Assembly (NCBI GenBank): GCA_037128175.1
Contig: JBAXWY010000014.1
Location: 1 to 57,425 of the forward strand
Origin: Methanothrix sp.
GTDB taxonomy: Archaea; Halobacteriota; Methanosarcinia; Methanotrichales; Methanotrichaceae
Direction of reading: 5' to 3'
Length of the DNA: 57,425 bases
The position numbers were made by a program, and so were the translations under genes. Shown here piece by piece: positions 1 through 8,836 of the stretch (positions are counted from its first letter, which is position 1; each line of letters starts with the position of its first letter). The notes below the pieces were generated by a model. That model had not been told where the DNA came from and did no database searches. It worked only from the letters and a program-made list of their open reading frames with translations.

Positions 1-11
1 GCGCCTTGGAT

Positions 12-33
12 GCCCCGCAGCTTGCTGCGCGGG
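12..33. repeat. GC-rich hairpin resembling an IS200/IS605-type subterminal palindrome (element cut by the window edge?)
   Basis: cgcagc-tt-gctgcg inverted repeat within gccccgcagcttgctgcgcggg; no transposase is visible next to it. Confidence 0.3.
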
Positions 34-763
34 TGCGCCGCCGCCGTTTCACTTTTTCAAGAGCATAGCTATGTGTCTCATAGGTTGCTGCCTCGAAGGC
101 GGTCTGGAGCCTTGATCGCGGTGTACCTGTTGGGAGAGAGGATCAGCTGGGTCATGCATCCTTGGCTGCCACAGGGATTAATCTCAAAGCAAGCCCGAAT
201 CACAGGCGAGAAGCGTATATGCTGTCAGGTTTATCGTATTGGCTGAAATGACTAAAGGACTTAAGTGAGGTGACATAAAATATGCAACAAAGTGAGGGAA
301 TTGAGAGAGAAAAAGTGAGCAAGAAGGATCAGAAAGCGAAGAAGCTTGATGGAGAAAAAAACCAGAAGCCAAAACGCGGCAAGAAATAGATGAATATCGC
401 TCGCCGATCTCTCTGGCGGGCATTCCACATCTTATAGCGAAAGAGGATCACGCTGCATCTGCCAAGGCATAATATATGATTATGCATGGGAAACCGGCTA
501 TTAAGGTAGATCGAGGTGTTAGATATGTATGTAGCAAAGAGATTTCTGGCTGTTATTGTACTGCTTATGCTTGCCGTAAATGCAGTTGATGCTCGTGAGG
601 GAAATCCATACTCTGATCCGCTTAAATCATCAGTGCATGAACCAATCGCTAAGGATCCAGGATTCGGCGAGTATGAGCTAATGACTCCCAGGCTAGATTT
701 AACAATAGCTCCACTGATCGACATCGAATACATAAATACTTGGAACGCGGCTGCTGGAAATTC

Positions 764-940
764 CGACCAAGTGTTCGTCGGCAGTCAACTACCCCACCCT
801 AAAGGATGGGGCTTGTGACTGCGCAAAAAATCGCGTCACAATAGGCTGGCTGACAACAGCCCTAAAAGCTATGTTCATAGCTGCGATGTAGTCCGCAGCA
901 CCAGCGAAGCCGCAAGACTCACATCTAAATTCGTCTCTGG
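764..940 (-). ncRNA. Predicted TnpB omega/reRNA (scaffold overlapping the tnpB 3' end plus a flank-derived guide)
   Basis: Follows from established TnpB architecture; the guide would be TGCCGACGAACACTTGGTCG (reverse complement of 764-783); the 5' boundary is a guess. Confidence 0.5.
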
Positions 941-1995
941 TAGGTCTATTCTCCTTCGAGATATGTCTGCATGAAGGGCAAGTCCTAGAAGTGTTTTGGG
1001 GATCTACAAAGACCACAGGGACGCCGGCAATCTTGGCTTTGTAGTCCACAAACATTCTAAGCAACCCAAAATTCCAAGTATGCAAGTTGCGACGCTGTGC
1101 CTTCCTAACCGTAACTCTGTCTCTAATGCCCTGGAGATCTTCAAGAGCAATAGACCTGAGAGTGCCTTTGGCTTTCGTAACAAGCTTCTTGGAAACGCAA
1201 TGGTTAACGTCTTTGGAGAATCGCGCCATCCTACCAGAGAGCTTCTTAAGATGGCGTTTAGCGGATTTAGTGCCTTTGGATTGGAGTCTGGATTTGAGGG
1301 AATCAAGTTGCTCTCTGGTATTGGTGGTCTGCTCACCAGAATGGACTTCTCCATCGCTATCTACCGCCAGGTTCTTGATACCAAGATCTACACCAAGAAC
1401 CCCCTTAGCATCATAAGGAGACTCTTCGGAGGCTTCGACCACAATGCACAGGTAAAAGATCTTTTTAACAAGGATCAAGTCTGCCTGTCCTCTGATCCGA
1501 TCCATTCTAGCACTCTGATAGTCTCCAAACTTGGTAGGGACAATTTGTCTGCCGTGCAGAGTTGCCATAGATACTTTATCAAGCCCCTTCCAAGAAAGAA
1601 CTCTCTGATCGTAGACCAAAGCACCATCGAGCCTAAACTCTGGTTTAATGGATTTATCTCGCTTGTAGGCTTCGCAGACCTTACGAATAGCAAGAATGGT
1701 GAGTTGTGCAGAGAGTCCGAATTTCTCCCGGATAGGATAATACACCGTCTTTTGGACTTCTATCTTGTTGGCACTATGGATAGCAAAGACAGTTTCAGCT
1801 ATCTCATTACAAGCTTCGTTAAACCTCTTCATTGTTTCAGATAGTATCTTGTATTGCTCTTGGGAGGGATCAAGCTTAACCAACAAGGTCTGAAGCATAG
1901 TATTGTGCATATCACTCAATAGTTAATATACTTATCGCACGGGACCGCCCAATTCCTCTCCACCCTGAAGAGATGGGGACTCCTTGGGCAACGAG
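784..1995 (-). mobile_element. IS200/IS605-family element, tnpB-only (IS1341-like)
   Basis: Left-end hairpin at about 1955-1980; right-end hairpin ccccatcctttagggtgggg ending GTTGAC at 784; no target duplication; TTCAA lies immediately 5' of the left end. Confidence 0.92.
789..1919 (-). CDS. tnpB: RNA-guided endonuclease TnpB
   Basis: RuvC-I GVDLG, RuvC-II ALEDL, Zn finger CPSC..CESC, RuvC-III ADYIAAMNI; the stop codon lies inside the right end; the true start may be a downstream ATG (MHNT or MLQT). Confidence 0.95.
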   Translation of the reverse strand: MSDMHNTMLQTLLVKLDPSQEQYKILSETMKRFNEACNEIAETVFAIHSANKIEVQKTVYYPIREKFGLSAQLTILAIRKVCEAYKRDKSIKPEFRLDGALVYDQRVLSWKGLDKVSMATLHGRQIVPTKFGDYQSARMDRIRGQADLILVKKIFYLCIVVEASEESPYDAKGVLGVDLGIKNLAVDSDGEVHSGEQTTNTREQLDSLKSRLQSKGTKSAKRHLKKLSGRMARFSKDVNHCVSKKLVTKAKGTLRSIALEDLQGIRDRVTVRKAQRRNLHTWNFGLLRMFVDYKAKIAGVPVVFVDPQNTSRTCPSCRHISKENRPTRDEFRCESCGFAGAADYIAAMNIAFRAVVSQPIVTRFFAQSQAPSFRVG

Positions 1996-2307
1996 TTGAA
2001 GTTACCCTATTGGAAACTGATATTATGGGATTGGATAATACCAATTTCAAGGTTGAACCGCTCTTCGTTCCTGCTTATGGCCCTGGTGTCCGTATCAGTT
2101 CAGTTGAAGAAGTATCGGACGCAGTCCACTTTTATGTATTGGAAGTGATTCCAGAACGAATCTGTAAATCTGTTGATTACCCATCTAAAGCGCCCGCGCC
2201 GTGTAAGCAGTTAACCTGGATGCCAGGTGATTATTCTTTAAAGTTGTCCTATATTAAAGATGGCAAAGAACTTGCTGAGACGCTTATCGATTTCACCATT
2301 TGATTAC

Positions 2308-2478
2308 ATAGGGAGCGCGGAGGGTCACGAATACCCCGACCTTTAGGTTGGAGATGAAGTGAACCCTTCGCACGTATTTGTGCTCACTTAAACCGATGAT
2401 TTCTGATCTCCAGCTAACCGGGCGTGCGTGCGGCCCGAAGCATACCCAATCCCTTTAGGGTAGGGTGGCCGTACGCAG
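2308..2478 (+). mobile_element. Gene-less miniature IS200/IS605 derivative, same family as the tnpA element at 56989
   Basis: Starts after TTAC with at-a-gggagcgcggagggtcacga (compare at-c-aggagtgcggagggtcacga at 56989); gatgatttctgatctccagctaaccgggcgtgc (2395-2427) is identical to the window end; hairpins at about 2334-2353 and 2445-2466; right boundary approximate. Confidence 0.8.
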
Positions 2479-2524
2479 TTTGATTTTTGTCTCTTTGGCT
2501 TCGGTTATGTTCCCCGCTCATTCA

Positions 2525-3436
2525 CTAAGCGTAGATTCCTGCTCCCAGCCACCATGTATCATCCACTTTCGTGACATAGCTTAACTTGAGCCCCGGCGTC
2601 ATGTTCTTTGCAGGGTCTGGATAGAGGTAATAAGTGAATCCCTCTTTGTTTTGGGCTAACGCCATCATATCTCGAACCTGTTCAACGCCGTTGGGATCTT
2701 TAGCGTCAATCCTGTTCGTCCCTATTAATTCGGGCCGTATGGGATGTACTAGGCAGTTACCCGCGAAATCATAGGCTATGATGTAGCGGTTTCCTTCGAC
2801 ATAACTACTATTGATATCATTGAAGGTGTTAACTGCTTCTTCTTTGGAAGTATTCAGGGCGAAGCTTCTTCTGCCCTCTACAAAGGCTACAAGATCCTCT
2901 CTGGACTCGTTACTGAAGACTGGAGTGTGCACGCTCAGATAAGTTCCTGCTGCTAACCACATTTCTTCGTCTACCTTGAGAACATAGGTTATCTTAAGCT
3001 CCTCTGCACCAGAATGAGCCTGATTAGGCCAGATGTAGTATGCGAATCCGCTTCCCCTTTTAGCCACCTCTCGCATGTTCCTCTTAAGGGCAACTCCATT
3101 GGAATCGGTCACATCCAGCACATTTTTACCTATCATTTTAGGCTCGTACGGATGAGCTAAACAGGTTCCATTAAAGTCGTAGGCAATTATGTAATGCCCT
3201 CCTCTTACAAACTCTCCATTGGGATTATTGAAGACCTCTAGGGCTTTATCCCTGCCTTGCTCTGCAACGAAGTCTCTCGCTTCATTCACAAAGGCGATTA
3301 GGTCTTCGCTTGCTTCAGGTTTTAATATATATGAATTACTTTCGTTTTCATCTGTGGTCGCTGCCAAGCCAATTGAAGATACTCCCAGCAGAGCAACTAC
3401 ACAGGCAACTGCTAAAATAACTTCGATATTTCTCAT
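2525..3436 (-). CDS. Secreted protein with two tandem Cache (sCache_2-like) sensor domains
   Basis: Signal peptide, then two repeats of LxAFV..A..F...YIIAYDFxGxCLxHP...D.NG...Y.(W/Y)P...K.(T/S)YV.KVD..WLxAGxY; no signalling output domain. Confidence 0.85.
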   Translation of the reverse strand: MRNIEVILAVACVVALLGVSSIGLAATTDENESNSYILKPEASEDLIAFVNEARDFVAEQGRDKALEVFNNPNGEFVRGGHYIIAYDFNGTCLAHPYEPKMIGKNVLDVTDSNGVALKRNMREVAKRGSGFAYYIWPNQAHSGAEELKITYVLKVDEEMWLAAGTYLSVHTPVFSNESREDLVAFVEGRRSFALNTSKEEAVNTFNDINSSYVEGNRYIIAYDFAGNCLVHPIRPELIGTNRIDAKDPNGVEQVRDMMALAQNKEGFTYYLYPDPAKNMTPGLKLSYVTKVDDTWWLGAGIYA

Positions 3437-3464
3437 ATTTCGTCCCTCAATCAAAAGGTTTCAA

Positions 3465-3509
3465 CTCGTTGCCCAAGGAGTCCCCATCCTTCAGGGTTGG
3501 GTAGTTGAC
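3465..3509 (+). mobile_element. 45-bp palindrome-associated miniature of the 784-1995 element
   Basis: TTCAA|ctcgttgcccaaggagtccccatc (the left end) runs directly into cttcagggttgggtagttgac (the right end). Confidence 0.85.
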
Positions 3510-3558
3510 CACCTATATTCCGGACCAATTCTATTTAAATTTCTCCCGAAATCCGAAA

Positions 3559-5487
3559 TCAAGAGGAAATCTGGGATATCGTCTCTGCTCCGGCAAGCCC
3601 GGCATAGATCTTCGCGGCCCGGTCGGCAGCAATGCAGCCTTTGGCGCATTTTTTGCAGTGATTGCACTTTTTCTCATCAATTGTTATGGTCTCTGCCACG
3701 GTAATTGCCCCTCGAGGGCAGTTCTTCTCGCAGATCTTGCATCTCGTGCACATCTGGGTGCGCAGGACCGTTTCGCAGACCTCTCGCAGCAGCTCTTCGG
3801 CCTGCTCTTTGCCGGCAATGATCATGATGTGTCCGTTGGCAAAGACGGTGACCCGCCCTTTTTCTGTCTTTATCACCGCTGCCCCCAGATCTTCCTCATA
3901 TTTCATCTCGCCTAAAATATTAAGGGCCGCGGCAACGTAGGAAAAGGGATGATTCTGGGGGGCGCATAGGGTCGCTTCGATGGAGTACTCCAGACCGCAA
4001 GGCGAGCGGCCCCGCAGTGCCTGCAAAGTGATTTTTTCTTTCCCGGCAGCACCTACTTGCAGGTTTATATTGTGCTCTTTTGCTATCTCGAGCATCTTGG
4101 GAGGATGCCTCTTCCAGCGCCAAAAACCCCAATCGATGTATCTCTTATCCAGCTTATTCCCGTCCGCCCATTCCTTTAGAGAGGCCGTCCACCGGTCATA
4201 AAGCTGGGGATGTGTTACTTTCAGGTTGGCAAACTCAGATTGCAGCGCGGCGGGGCACAGCCAGCAGCCGATGCGCTCAAAGTCCTCCTCATAGAGCGGG
4301 TTTGGCAGCATCTTATTCCAATAGATGTAGAGCATGACCTCCAGAGCCCGCCAATTTCTAATGGGCGCCAGCGTGGTTTGGCTGGGAACATAGGGATTCC
4401 TCTCCACGGCCTTAATGGTAGAACGGTTGAAGGATTCGTAGATGCGCCGCCCATCAATTGTCACGCAGCCTTTGGGGTAGTGCTCTTTAAGAAAGGAAGT
4501 CATTGGTCCCAGCTTGTTCGTCTTGCAGCACCAGCGAAAATCTTTGGCAGGGGGGCCAAAATTCTTTACCTGCTCAAAAAAGCCGCTCTCTCCTTTGATC
4601 TCTTGCAGCCGCAGCTTTTGGGCATCGCACAGCTTATGCACATATTCCACAGTTTCGGGAAATTCCAGACCGGTGTTGATGAAGATAACCTCTGGCCGGG
4701 AGAATATTTTTTGGGCAAGGCAAAGGCAGGCCAGGCTGTCTTTTCCCCCGCTGAAGGAAACGTTTACAGGAAGCCGGTTTTTGGACAGATAGTTCTTGAT
4801 CTCACTTATTGCCGCCTTCTCCAGGCCTTTTAGGTTATCCGCATTGGCAAAGATTATATCCTGTAGGGAAGGCCTCTTTTCATGAAGGGTAAAATCATTC
4901 TTCATCACGTCCTTGATGCGGATGGACGAAGTGCAGTCTGCCCTTTTCCTGGCCACGCCCACGCCGGAAAATTTCCCTATTTTCAGGACGACGTTTTGGC
5001 CTTCCTCCAGGGTACATAGCCCGCTTATGATCTTTGCCTCTTGTAGCCACTTGCCTTTTATGTGGCCTTTTAATATTGAGTCGTCACATACAACGAGGCC
5101 TTTTTGTGCTCTATTGGAAAGCAGGGCTGCGCCAGAAGTCTCCAAATCCAGCTTGTGGCAGCCAGCTGTGACATCAAACCAGAGCGTCGCGATGTGGCGA
5201 CCTTCCAGGATCACCTGATCGCGACGGTCTAATCCGGCAATCTTATTGAGCAAGATTATCCTGCCTTCCAGGAAATCTGCAGAGCCGTAATTTTGAGTGA
5301 AAAGCAAAGAGAGAAGCTCTTTTGCCGCCCTGGAACATAGGCGGATGTCGCCCGGCGGCGCGAGCTCTATTTTGCGGCCAAAGCTGTCGCAGGTGGAGCA
5401 TTTTTCCGCCAGAAGGGGAATGCTGCAATTTTCGCACCAGAATAGCTCGCTCTTGCCGGGAGAGAATGTTTTGCTGGAATTATGCAT
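3559..5487 (-). CDS. PAPS-reductase-family protein with N-terminal Zn ribbon and C-terminal 2x[4Fe-4S] domain
   Basis: SFSGGKDS PP-loop, WCCKTNKLGP, RIGCWLCP, C-terminal CxxCxxCxxxC twice. Confidence 0.88.
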   Translation of the reverse strand: MHNSSKTFSPGKSELFWCENCSIPLLAEKCSTCDSFGRKIELAPPGDIRLCSRAAKELLSLLFTQNYGSADFLEGRIILLNKIAGLDRRDQVILEGRHIATLWFDVTAGCHKLDLETSGAALLSNRAQKGLVVCDDSILKGHIKGKWLQEAKIISGLCTLEEGQNVVLKIGKFSGVGVARKRADCTSSIRIKDVMKNDFTLHEKRPSLQDIIFANADNLKGLEKAAISEIKNYLSKNRLPVNVSFSGGKDSLACLCLAQKIFSRPEVIFINTGLEFPETVEYVHKLCDAQKLRLQEIKGESGFFEQVKNFGPPAKDFRWCCKTNKLGPMTSFLKEHYPKGCVTIDGRRIYESFNRSTIKAVERNPYVPSQTTLAPIRNWRALEVMLYIYWNKMLPNPLYEEDFERIGCWLCPAALQSEFANLKVTHPQLYDRWTASLKEWADGNKLDKRYIDWGFWRWKRHPPKMLEIAKEHNINLQVGAAGKEKITLQALRGRSPCGLEYSIEATLCAPQNHPFSYVAAALNILGEMKYEEDLGAAVIKTEKGRVTVFANGHIMIIAGKEQAEELLREVCETVLRTQMCTRCKICEKNCPRGAITVAETITIDEKKCNHCKKCAKGCIAADRAAKIYAGLAGAETISQISS

Positions 5488-5624
5488 GGATTTAATTGAG
5501 GGTTAAATCCTGGGTGTATTTAATGACTTTCATTTGGCCAAATCGAAGGGTGCTCTGCCATCAAAGGATAACTGAATTTGAATATCGAAAGAGTTAAATA
5601 CTATGATGATCACATTGTTATTAT

Positions 5625-5742
5625 TAATATTATGTAAGCACAAAACCAAAGACAATGAAACGGCGCCAGGGCTTTTCTGCTACCCTCAGCCATCCCCTCA
5701 CCCTGGGCCGTTTTATCCCTCTACCCTTTATGGGATGAGAGT
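5625..5742 (+). ncRNA. Putative small RNA with two hairpins and C-rich loops
   Basis: BRE/TATA-like aaagagttaaata at 5588-5600; stem aaacggc(g)ccaggg / ccctgggccgttt around the loop ctaccctcagccatcccctca; second stem atccc / gggat. Confidence 0.4.
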
Positions 5743-5804
5743 TAGGAATTTAATTATCAAAAAAAGTTAATTAGGTTATAAATGAAACAACGCCCGTTTT
5801 CCAT

Positions 5805-6182
5805 TTAAAATTGGGGCCAATTCGGCAGATTGATATTTGAGTCATACCAGAAAGTGCCATACCAGGCGTCGACTCCCAGATGCATATTCTCCCAGGGATA
5901 ACGTTTCTCCTTGTTTTCGTTTTTCACCTCAGGATAAGTTGTGTCTGGGCAGATATTTTTCGGACATTTTTCCTTAACAGGTGGAGAGATAACTGTATTA
6001 TTCGCCTCGCTTCCGATGATCTCCAGCTCCACTTTATCCATTGCGGATGACGTGATTTTTGTATTATCTGTCACGCTTCCCACTATATCCACAACAACAG
6101 ATCCTGGACCGCCAAATGCATAGGCACTGCAAGCCGATAGCATCAGCGCTAAAGCCAACATGATTGATTTCCTCAACACCAT
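5805..6182 (-). CDS. Small secreted hypothetical protein (paralog of 6392-6808)
   Basis: Signal peptide, two I(V/I)GS..(D/N)NT.I repeats, Cys pair, EKRYPW; SD ggagggg directly upstream. Confidence 0.75.
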   Translation of the reverse strand: MVLRKSIMLALALMLSACSAYAFGGPGSVVVDIVGSVTDNTKITSSAMDKVELEIIGSEANNTVISPPVKEKCPKNICPDTTYPEVKNENKEKRYPWENMHLGVDAWYGTFWYDSNINLPNWPQF

Positions 6183-6391
6183 TCCCCTCCAACAAATTTC
6201 TCATTTGAGCTAAACATATTTAACCTATGTTTTATATATACAGGAAGTAGAAAAATCTTTCGGGCCGATAAGTTCGGATTCCTTAAAGCATTATTAGAAA
6301 AAATTGGTTGAATAATAGCAATTTCCGGGAATAAATCCACTAAGGGGACCTAATATAGTATGAAAAAATTTTAAAAATAATACTTTAAAAC

Positions 6392-6808
6392 TTATACCTT
6401 TGTTGTCACACTCCCCAAAGTGAGGATCTTTTGTGCAGTGCTTATGTATGCCGGATCTTTTTTGATGAGCGACCGGCTGTATCTGGTGGGAATATAAGAA
6501 CTCCACGGGTAGCATAGCTGCCTCTTGAAGTCGTCCCATGGGGTTTCATAGCGTTTTTCCTCGCCGCATGGACCGCACTCTTTTCCAGATTTCTTGTTGA
6601 CAACTTCAGTCTGGTAGCCGATCTGGATGTTGCTGGCTGTGCTGCCGACTATATTCACTTCGATCGGCATGCCGTCCGGTGCTATGATCGTGGTATTGTT
6701 CGCCCGGCTTCCCAGGATGTCCATGCCGATCGACTGATCGCTTACCGCGCCTATGGCAACAGATGCCCACAGGATAAGTATGCTGATCAGAATAATTTGC
6801 TCTCTCAA
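6392..6808 (-). CDS. Small secreted hypothetical protein (paralog of 5805-6182)
   Basis: Signal peptide, ILGSRANNT / IVGSTASNI repeats, CGPC, EKRYETPW; TTG start. Confidence 0.72.
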   Translation of the reverse strand: MREQIILISILILWASVAIGAVSDQSIGMDILGSRANNTTIIAPDGMPIEVNIVGSTASNIQIGYQTEVVNKKSGKECGPCGEEKRYETPWDDFKRQLCYPWSSYIPTRYSRSLIKKDPAYISTAQKILTLGSVTTKV

Positions 6809-6916
6809 ACCTTTCGCCCCCTTTTATAATTAAGTCTAATAAAATGTAGTGAAAGTAGAAAAACCTTTTGTTGCAGCGCAAACCATTAAATCCCCACCGG
6901 GAAAATTGGGGACCCG

Positions 6917-7819
6917 ATGAAACTTATTTATGTGGCCGGCAAAGGAGGCGTGGGCAAAAGCGTCTGCTCGGCAGCTTCCGGCATCTGGAAAGCGCGTCAA
7001 GGAAAGGATACCCTGGTCTTCTCCATGGACCCGGCCCACTCGCTTTCGGACATTTTCGACATCGATCTGGGCAGTAAGCCAAGAAAGATCCGCGAGCATC
7101 TCTATGCCTATGAGCCCGATCTGGCCGAGGAGGCGCGAGGCTTCTTTCGCAGGTACAAGAACATCTTCACAGCTCTCTTCGGCCTCTTCGAGGTGGAGGT
7201 AAAACCGGAAGACTTCGGGAACATGCCCGGCGTCTCCGAACTGATCTTCATGGATAAATTAAACGACATCTACGTCGAGAAGCAGTACGACTTTGTGGTC
7301 ATAGACTCGGCACCAACCGCCATGGTCCTGCCTTTGTTGCAACTGCCCTCCATCACTACCGGATTTGTAACAAAAGTGCTGGGCATGAGAAATAGATGGA
7401 TGGGTGTGCTCGACCTTCTGCAACCAGGGTTTGGCGACAGCATACTTTCTGAGGTTCGGACCATGCGCCAGAAAGCCGAGACCATGAGAAATGCCCTGCT
7501 CGATCCGGAGGCGGCCAGCATCACTATTGTTACCATCCCCGAAAAAGCGGCCGTGGAGGAGAGCCGGCGCCTGATTGAGACGGTAGAGTCGCACGGAGTT
7601 TCTGTCTCTTCCATTATCATCAACCACGTGATCCGGGACTGTGACTGCCGCTTTTGCCAGGAGAAGAAGGCATCCCAGACCGCTTACATCCAGGAGCTAA
7701 GGGACCGCTACCAGGAATTGCGCATTACAATCTTACCCGACTACGGAGGAGAGGTATTGGGTGAAGGCCTCTTGCAAGTGGCAGAAGACCTCTACGCAAA
7801 GGGGGAGCTGAAAATCTAA
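6917..7819 (+). CDS. ArsA/GET3-family ATPase (single domain)
   Basis: GKGGVGKS P-loop, DPAHSL, DSAPT, C-terminal CDCRFC. Confidence 0.9.
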   Translation: MKLIYVAGKGGVGKSVCSAASGIWKARQGKDTLVFSMDPAHSLSDIFDIDLGSKPRKIREHLYAYEPDLAEEARGFFRRYKNIFTALFGLFEVEVKPEDFGNMPGVSELIFMDKLNDIYVEKQYDFVVIDSAPTAMVLPLLQLPSITTGFVTKVLGMRNRWMGVLDLLQPGFGDSILSEVRTMRQKAETMRNALLDPEAASITIVTIPEKAAVEESRRLIETVESHGVSVSSIIINHVIRDCDCRFCQEKKASQTAYIQELRDRYQELRITILPDYGGEVLGEGLLQVAEDLYAKGELKI

Positions 7820-7873
7820 AAACATCACCAAATTGATATATTTTGTAGTTGAAGACAGAAGTGAGGAAAGACT

Positions 7874-8809
7874 ATGTTCGAAAAAGTTCTCGTACCCACT
7901 GACTTCTCCAGCTATGCCCACAAGATGCAAGAGTGCCTGGCGGACATGCCGGGCATAGAAGAGGTCGTGCTTCTTAATGTCGTGGACGGCGGCAATCCCA
8001 TGAACCTGGAGAAAAAAGGATGGAGCTACGACTCTCTTATCGATGAGGCAGATACCAGGCTTGCCGAGCAGGCCGATCACCTTTCCCGTCTGGGCGAGAA
8101 AGGCCTCTCTGTCCGGCCGCTTTTAAGGATCATCGTGGAGCCCATGAGCGGTGCGGACGGGGTGGATATGAAGAGGCTGCTGCCCAAATCAGGCCTGGAT
8201 CTGATTGAAGGAGGCAGTGTGGGCGAGGCCATTATCAAGATCGCAGCGGAGGAGAAAGTCTCTCTCATCTGTATGGGCGCGCAGGGCAGAGGGCTGGTGG
8301 AGGGCATGCTCCTGGGGTCCGTCTCCACCGAGGTGTTAAGAAAGGGCCAAACCGATCTTCTCATCATCCGTCACAAGATCCTGGAAAGCGGCAAAGACGG
8401 GGAACATGAGTTGTTCTGCCGGGACATATTTTCTAAAGTGATGCTCACCTCTGACTTCTCCGATGCAGGGCAGCAGGCAATATCTCTGGCCAGGGATCTG
8501 CCGGGCGTCCGGGAGATCTTGCTGGTGCATGTGATCGCTAAAGAAAATGATTTCGATGAGGCGGCAAAGAAGCTTAACTTGTTACGTGTTGAGTTGGAAG
8601 GCCAGGGCAGAAAGATCACGGTGCATGTCCTAATGGGTGCCCCCGCAGAGGAGATCCTGAATTTGGCCAAAAGCCAGGATGTCTCCCTGATTATGATGGG
8701 CTCTCAGGGAAAGAGCTGGAGCCGACAGATTCGCGTGGGAAGCACTACCTTTGATGTGGCCCGCCAGACATTAAGCCCTGTGATGGTAGTCCGTCCCAAA
8801 AATAGCTAA
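7874..8809 (+). CDS. Universal stress protein (tandem USP domains)
   Basis: VLVPTDFS ... MGAQGRG...LLGSV; second domain TSDFS ... MGSQGK...VGST. Confidence 0.92.
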   Translation: MFEKVLVPTDFSSYAHKMQECLADMPGIEEVVLLNVVDGGNPMNLEKKGWSYDSLIDEADTRLAEQADHLSRLGEKGLSVRPLLRIIVEPMSGADGVDMKRLLPKSGLDLIEGGSVGEAIIKIAAEEKVSLICMGAQGRGLVEGMLLGSVSTEVLRKGQTDLLIIRHKILESGKDGEHELFCRDIFSKVMLTSDFSDAGQQAISLARDLPGVREILLVHVIAKENDFDEAAKKLNLLRVELEGQGRKITVHVLMGAPAEEILNLAKSQDVSLIMMGSQGKSWSRQIRVGSTTFDVARQTLSPVMVVRPKNS

Positions 8810-8836
8810 AAAAAGGGTTTTTCGGCTCCGTCCTTT

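Larger units (their letters stand above)
516..2303 (+). pseudogene. Secreted hypothetical protein (~191 aa) interrupted by an IS605-family element
   Basis: 516-783 (signal peptide KRFLAVIVLLMLAVNAVDA ... QVFVG) joins in frame to 1996-2303 (IEVTLLETDIMG...DFTI*) when 784-1995 is removed. Confidence 0.85.

Noticed and set aside
300-480. Short purine-rich ORFs, including a PEAKTRQEID frame reminiscent of HsdR N-termini
   Set aside because: Too short, out of frame with the nearby ATG and with no continuing similarity
996-1844. 282-aa ORF antisense to tnpB, and similar long antisense ORFs at 21987-22811, 25428-26363 and 44895-45704
   Set aside because: Shadow frames of well-supported genes with no recognisable motifs
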